The notes under the pieces were generated by a model, which saw only the letters and a list, made by a program, of their open reading frames with translations, did not search any database and was not told where the DNA came from. A DNA stretch of 63,411 nucleotides, the filler included, from Intoshia linei (lineage: Eukaryota > Animalia > Orthonectida): the NCBI GenBank assembly GCA_001642005.1. It is 5 parts of 5 records of this genome, joined end to end, with 100 filler letters (N's around TTAATTAATTAA, not from the genome) between each part and the next. Parts side by side here need not be neighbours in the genome. Positions count along the whole stretch, not along the records: positions 57,239 to 61,854 come from LWCA01001902.1; positions 61,955 to 63,411 come from LWCA01002609.1; 3 more parts are not named here. One strand, written 5' to 3'. Below, piece after piece: positions 57,666 to 63,411 of this stretch (the stretch's first letter is position 1; every line of letters begins with the position of its first letter). The position numbers and the translations under genes were made by a program.

Positions 57666-57863
57666 TTTGAGTTGTTCATTTTCTATGAATATAGATTTTT
57701 CTCGAAAATCTACTCCAATTGTTGCTTCAGGTTCCACAGGAAAGGTACCATACACATATCTATTTGTAAGAGAAGTTTTTCCAACACCCGAATCACCGAC
57801 AACGATAATTTTATAAATGCACCTACAAGTATTTTTATTATTAGAGAAAACGTTTGTCGACAT
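57666..57863 (-). CDS. RAB33: Rab GTPase, Rab33-like, exon 1 only
   Basis: [19 protein letters not shown]-loop and [16 protein letters not shown] switch I (Rab33-type [10 protein letters not shown]). GT donor at 57665. No downstream exons are visible. Confidence 0.75.
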
Positions 57864-58591
57864 TAAGAATTCAGATAAATTTAAAATAAGTAATTTTGCT
57901 GTATTTACAATTATTTGTTGATTTATTCCAATTTCATTTGTACGTAGTTAACTGAAAGTTTAAACTACTTTAAACTTATATCTTGGTTACAATTCATAAT
58001 CCCAGTAAAGCTCAACTTGGTAAATACAACCACAAAATAGACAAGTTTAACTATTCTAGTTTAAACATTACACCTTGTAATGTTTACGTAAGTCTTATGG
58101 TAAGACAATTAATTACTAATTAGTGTCTTTTCTGCTAAAAAATAAGACAATGTAGAATCAGAAAAGGATTAATAAATCAGACAACACAGAATAATTGCAT
58201 ACTGAGCCAAAATTTTGTAGTCAAAAATGGCCATTTGGTTCAAGAGTTGATAATTGGCTGACAATTTAATGTACGTTAATTGAAAGTTAAGAAAATACAA
58301 TTAATCGGATTAACAGAAATGTAACACCTCTTCAAAATGAATTTACCTTATTTTAACAAAATTTTAGGTGTTTCACAGATTCCATATACATGATTATTAT
58401 TAAAAGATGATTAAATGTTAAATGTATTGAAATAACTGAAATTATCCATACCAAAATAAAAACATTAAAAAGTCACAGTAAAGTAGTTTCTATGACATCT
58501 ATATAATATTTTCAATTTGATCATGAGTTACCTAGTTATTTAATAATTTAAATAAAATTATATTGAATTTATGAAATGAAAAATTAAATCA

Positions 58592-60450
58592 ATGGATTTA
58601 AGAATACCGGATGGTTATTTTATTATTTTTTTAATTAAAGGAATTTCGAGTATTTTGTATGTATTTATAATGTATGTGTGTTTATGAATGTTGAAATTAT
58701 TATTAAAAATATTTTTATGGTTAATTTCTTGTTTTGATTCCAGATTATTCATAGATTTTGGTATAAATTAAATACAATGCTAAAATATTAGTGTAAATAT
58801 TAGAGCAGGGGATCCCAAACTCTTTTTGTCGTGGACTACATGGAATAATAGTTAAAATGATTGATCCAAAAAATTAATAATATAATATTACTATACTTAT
58901 ACATGCAAATATTCCTAAAAATTTAAAACTACATTTTTAATTTTTTGTAAATTGTTCAATTATTTTCTCAAAGTCATCAAAATGGTATTCAAAAAGTTTT
59001 TATAGAAAAATAAAGATAATACTAAATAATTAATGAAAATATGAAATTGTTCAAGATTTGTTAGAACCCTTAACTTGTAACTACGTTATAGGAGTATACT
59101 CTAACCATCTATGTTAATTTTTGTTTATTTTTATGCATGATAAATCATAAAGTTTTCCTCATATTGATCTAAACACTTTATTACTGATTGAGAGCAAGGA
59201 TGGTAACTTCCGAGTCGGAATCAGGCCTCATAATTTTTGTTAAAAAATTGTTAATCCACTGTGATTTTACTAAATATTAACATTGGGTAGTAATTATTTA
59301 ATTTAATTAATTATCAAGGTTAATTGCGATTTGATACAAAATTTCTTTAATAATATAAGAAAGTTTTATATACATATAAGTAATGTATGAATTATGAGTT
59401 TAGAGTAAATAAAAAATTATTAATAATCCCATAGTAAAATAACGTTATTAGTTAAATTGTTAATGTTTCCGATTCGCAAAATTATCATAAGTTACCATCC
59501 GCCCCATTACTATCATAAGGTTACCCAGCCTGCTTTAGACCATGTGTATTAGTATGCTCATCCATCTTTTTAATCTATATTTAATTTTATAGACTTTATC
59601 TAATCTTTTTTGTTAGATATAGAATTGCGACGTATTATTGATCGTACTGCTATTTTTGTGGCTAGGAATGGATCGGAATTTGAGGAAATGACAAGAAGAA
59701 ATCAATATAATAATCCAAGTTTTGCTTTTTTATTTGGAAATGAATATACAAAGTATTACAGTGAACGATTATCACTTGAACAAGGTAAATTTAATGTAAA
59801 ATAATATATACTTAACATTTATTTATATTCTTTAACCTTATTACATGTAGATATATTATTTTAACTGGTATATGCTACAGGCCATCAAACTCGTCGTAGT
59901 CCATGTACATTACGGATCGGCAACCTTTTGCGTCACGTGAGCCACTTTTTTATATCAAAAAATTTTACACATGTTATATTTCAATTTTAATTGAAGAGAA
60001 ACGGTTCTAGTATATTCAGCAAATAATATCCAGTGCGATCTGAAAATTCAGAATTAAAATGATTATAATGAGCCAATTATAGTAGAAAATGTTTAAAACT
60101 TAAAAATAAATAATTTACATATCTACTCAAAGCCACCAAAATTATTATGTGATCCACTTTTGGCTCACGGGCCACTGGTTGCCGACCCCTGATGTACATT
60201 ATATGAACCCTATTGGATTCTTTGTTAATTGATTTTAATATTTTTTAAAAATCGTTATACATTGTTTTATTTAGGGTTTTCTATAGATGATTCAAATAAA
60301 AGAATTTCACCAACCAATTTACTTAACCTATCAAATTCTAATATAGACGTTGAAAAAAATCAAATACAAATGGATTCTCTGAATAGAGATCTTGAACAAA
60401 GTCACCAAAATTTATTGGCACAAGAACAAGTCATCAAATTACAAAAAGAA
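58592..60450 (+). CDS. CHERP: CHERP/SCAF6 SURP-domain splicing factor, first three exons (continues beyond)
   Basis: Exons 58592-58613, 59617-59784, 60275-60450 give MDLRIPDDIELRRIIDRTAIFVARNGSEFEEMT...NPSFAFLFGNEY...LEQ, matching the CHERP N-terminal SURP (PDDQELRNVIDKLAQFVARNGPEFEKMT..NPKFSFLFGGE). Confidence 0.85.
59911..60191. mobile_element. hAT MITE in CHERP intron 2 (inverted copy of the 25249 family)
   Basis: Ends tacggatcggcaacc / ggttgccgacccctg; perfect 8-bp TSD ATGTACAT. Confidence 0.85.
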
Positions 60451-60562
60451 GTAATTTGATTAACTTAATATCCGGGAAGTTAGGGCTAGGGTAATGTGAC
60501 ATGAGCTTAGGATCGTCAGAGATAATGTTTTTATTTTTATTAAACGTAACATTTATCAATTA

Positions 60563-60984
60563 CTAGCTTGATTGTTATGTACGTGGTACAAACTGCGGCT
60601 AGCTCAACCGAGGGTGGCTTTAATTTAAATTAAAACAATTTCAATTTGATGAAACAAGTCGATTCTGTTCTATATATATATATATATATGAACATGAAGG
60701 GACCAGGTTTTAATCTCGTTCATACTATACTGCAATATGAACATATAGTAATATAATTAAAAGTTTCGAAATGTCCAATCAATATTGTCGTGTTCATATT
60801 CTAGGATGTTGATATAGAAAGAATCGATTGTATTGGATAATAAAATATAAAATGTCTTTTTGACCCGAAAAAACTGAGTTGGAATTTGTGTTTTTTTAAA
60901 TTCGATAACTTTTAGTTATTGAGATAAACGGTAACAGATATTCAATTTTAAATATAAAAATATATTTTTTATTGTAAGTAAGGT
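60563..60984 (-). mobile_element. Short Helitron family copy in CHERP intron 3, with an internal inverted-repeat insert (~60655-60830)
   Basis: CTAG/hairpin end and gtaagtaagg end. The insert is bounded by gtcgattctgttctatat / atatagaaagaatcgattg. Confidence 0.6.
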
Positions 60985-61038
60985 TGATTTAATTATATCA
61001 AACAGTACGCGAAATAAAGATAAGCCTAACTGTTTATA

Positions 61039-61854
61039 TTAATATATCCATTCCCCATATTTGGTTAAGTGGTTTAATTCGATGTTTTTAAGTAAAGTTG
61101 GGTGTAGTGTTCTTCCGGATTTGTTGAGGTTACAATTGTCACATTTGGAGATGTGTTTTAATGTCATTGATGTAGTTTGGCCAAAAATAGTAGTCTTGAA
61201 TGTTTTGGTGATTCCTGTATGCATGAAAAATTTTGACTTATGAAAGAAATCTAATAATAATTTTCGTATGTGTAGGTATTATTATACTGTTTTTGTTAGA
61301 GTAAACTAGAAGTATTATTCTTGATTTTTATATCGTTTATGTATTTATGGAATTCGTTATCTGGGCTGGATATATATTGGAAATTTTCTTTCCATTAAGT
61401 CATGAAAGCTTCCTTTCTGGTTCTTGCGAATTGGCTTAGTTTCGTCGGCTGATGGTTTTGGATTTGGTTTTTCATTAATAAAACCCAAATGAATTGAAGA
61501 TTTTAATCCAAGTACGTTCTGTCTTTTACATAAGGTAAAGTAGACGTGTTTTTGATAGGTAGTTTGACTCGTCCATAGGTTTTTATTTCGCTGCCTCCAT
61601 ATCTAATTAATTTTTGTGTGGCTGGAATTATTTTAGTTGTGTTGAAAAAACGGTGGAATTGGTCTATATTTAATATATTTATGGGTGACCCTGTATCTGT
61701 TAAAAATTTTAAAAGTACTTGGTTATTGTTGTCGTTTTCTAGCGTTATTTCTGTGTTCAATGATTCTTTGTCTATAGTGTGTACACTGTTAATTTTGGTT
61801 GAGTTTCTGATTTTTCTCCGGCATACTTTTTCAAAATGATTTTTTGTTCCACAG
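61039..61854 (-). mobile_element. Decayed Ty3/Gypsy gag-protease fragment
   Basis: Zinc-knuckle tail CGTKNHFEKVC in frame with aspartic protease FLTDTGSPINIL; broken frames follow. Confidence 0.7.
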
Positions 61855-61954
61855 NNNNNNNNNNNNNNNNNNNNNNNNNNNNNNNNNNNNNNNNNNNNTT
61901 AATTAATTAANNNNNNNNNNNNNNNNNNNNNNNNNNNNNNNNNNNNNNNNNNNN
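61855..61954. other. Assembly gap spacer
   Basis: 44 N + TTAATTAATTAA + 44 N. Confidence 0.97.
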
Positions 61955-63411
61955 AATATTACGTGTGGACGTAGGATGTACGTATTTCTCCACATTCGAT
62001 TTTTGTTCTGGATTTTGGCAAATACCTCTATCACAGAGTTTTAAAACAAAAACAACATTTTTCGTTGGATCTAAAGGAACTCTCTACCAATTCAACGTAA
62101 TGCCATATAGTTTAGTTAATGAGCCTGCCACATGTCAAAGAATGATGGACGGGGTATTACAGAGTTTTTCATTTGCAAATGGATATATGGATTTTCATTT
62201 TCATAATTGCTTCAAAAAATTTAAAAGATCATCAGAGATACCTTGAAATATTTTTTAAAATAATTCAAAAAGAAGGTTTAACGTTGAAAGCACGTAAATG
62301 TCACATTGGTTTAAAAAACATTCTTTTATAGACCATATTATAGATGGCGAAGGCATTCGGGTGGATCCTGGTAAAATTGAAGCAATAATGAAAATGAAAA
62401 TTCCTGTTAATGTGAAGGAATTACAACGATTTTTAGGTACAAAAAATTACCACAAACGTTTCATTAATAAATTTTTACAAATAGTAAAACCGTTAAATCG
62501 CCTCTTACAAAAACTACAATAAATTTGAATAGAGTAATGAGTGCAATATATCTTTCAATAAAATAAAAATAGCTTTATGTTCAGCTTTAGTTATGGCTCT
62601 ACCAGATATTACTAAAGTGTTTGTATTAGAAACGGATGCATCGGACGTTGGAATCGGAGCTTGTCTCTCTCAAAATGACCGGCCAATTGAATATGCCAGT
62701 AGGTCACTTATACTAGCCGAAAGAAACTACAGTACAGTAAATCGTGAAGCTTTAGCTGTTGTCTACGCCGTAAATAAATGTAAGCATTATTTACTCGGAA
62801 AACATTTTATTTCCGAGAATCAATTTTTGTTGATCATAATCCATTAACATCCATTGCAAATTCTTCGAAATTAAATTTCGTTGGTTCCAGGATATAAGAG
62901 CATATGATTTCGAAATTAAATATAGACCCGGCGTTAAAAATAAGATGGCTGATCAACTATCTCGATGCAATGCAATAATACACGCTAATGACAATCTGAA
63001 CATTAAAAATCTCCAATTAAATTATGTACATTGTAAAGAATTGATTGTATACTTAAAAAATAATGAACCCTTGTCAAGCAGAAATAAATACTACAAAAAT
63101 AAAAATCAATTTGCATTGATAAATGATATACTATATTATGTTAATCTTGATATAAATATAAAATTGATTGTGGGCACCAATAGCATTACAAGATACATTA
63201 ATTTGTGAAATTCATTCTGGTTCTTTATCTGCTCATTCTGATATTCAAAAATTAATGTCAGCTATAAAAAAAGATTTTACTGTTTTGGTTTATTTAAAGC
63301 TTTTACCGATTTTATTCAAAATTGTCAAAAATGTAATTTATTTAAAATATGGCGCCGTCGTTATAATCATCCATTAAATCAAGTAGTATCTATTAAATTC
63401 AATCAGTTATG
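61955..63411 (+). mobile_element. Decayed Ty3/Gypsy pol (RT, RNase H, integrase N-terminus)
   Basis: YFSTFDFCSGFWQIPL, YQFNVMPY, LQRFLG, LETDASDVGIGACLSQ, ERNYSTVNREALAVV, YRPG..MADQLSR and EIHSG..AH. The YxDD motif is broken and there are many frameshifts. Confidence 0.92.

Overview
AT-rich animal (eukaryotic) genomic scaffold, not prokaryotic DNA. It contains four 100-nt assembly spacers (44N-TTAATTAATTAA-44N). Splicing at GT-AG sites by hand gives nine protein-coding genes, several poorly shown or missing in the ORF track: Nck-like SH3-SH3-SH3-SH2 adaptor (-), clathrin light chain (+), GAPDH (+), 22-exon Na-K-2Cl cotransporter (+), an unassigned coiled-coil gene (-), the cobalamin chaperone MMADHC/CblD (+), a neurogenin-like bHLH (-), Rab33 exon 1 (-) and the 5' exons of CHERP (+). 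Introns are bimodal: many are 36-43 nt, and the long ones are mostly inflated by transposons. Short introns, extreme AT content and very divergent proteins suggest a compact-genome invertebrate parasite such as an orthonectid (inference only). The transposon content is very diverse: about 15 copies or fragments of one non-autonomous Helitron family, Buster-type hAT MITEs with nnnTAnnn target duplications plus a Buster transposase relic, a Tip/Blackjack-type hAT, a hATm relic, a CAC...GTG Chapaev-like element nested three deep, pogo/Tc1-type MITEs, a piggyBac relic and decayed Ty3/Gypsy pieces. I found no convincing new multi-gene biological system. The best leads are the Helitron family, the nested Chapaev-like element and several unusually eroded conserved proteins. 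All family assignments come from motifs I recognised, not from database searches.
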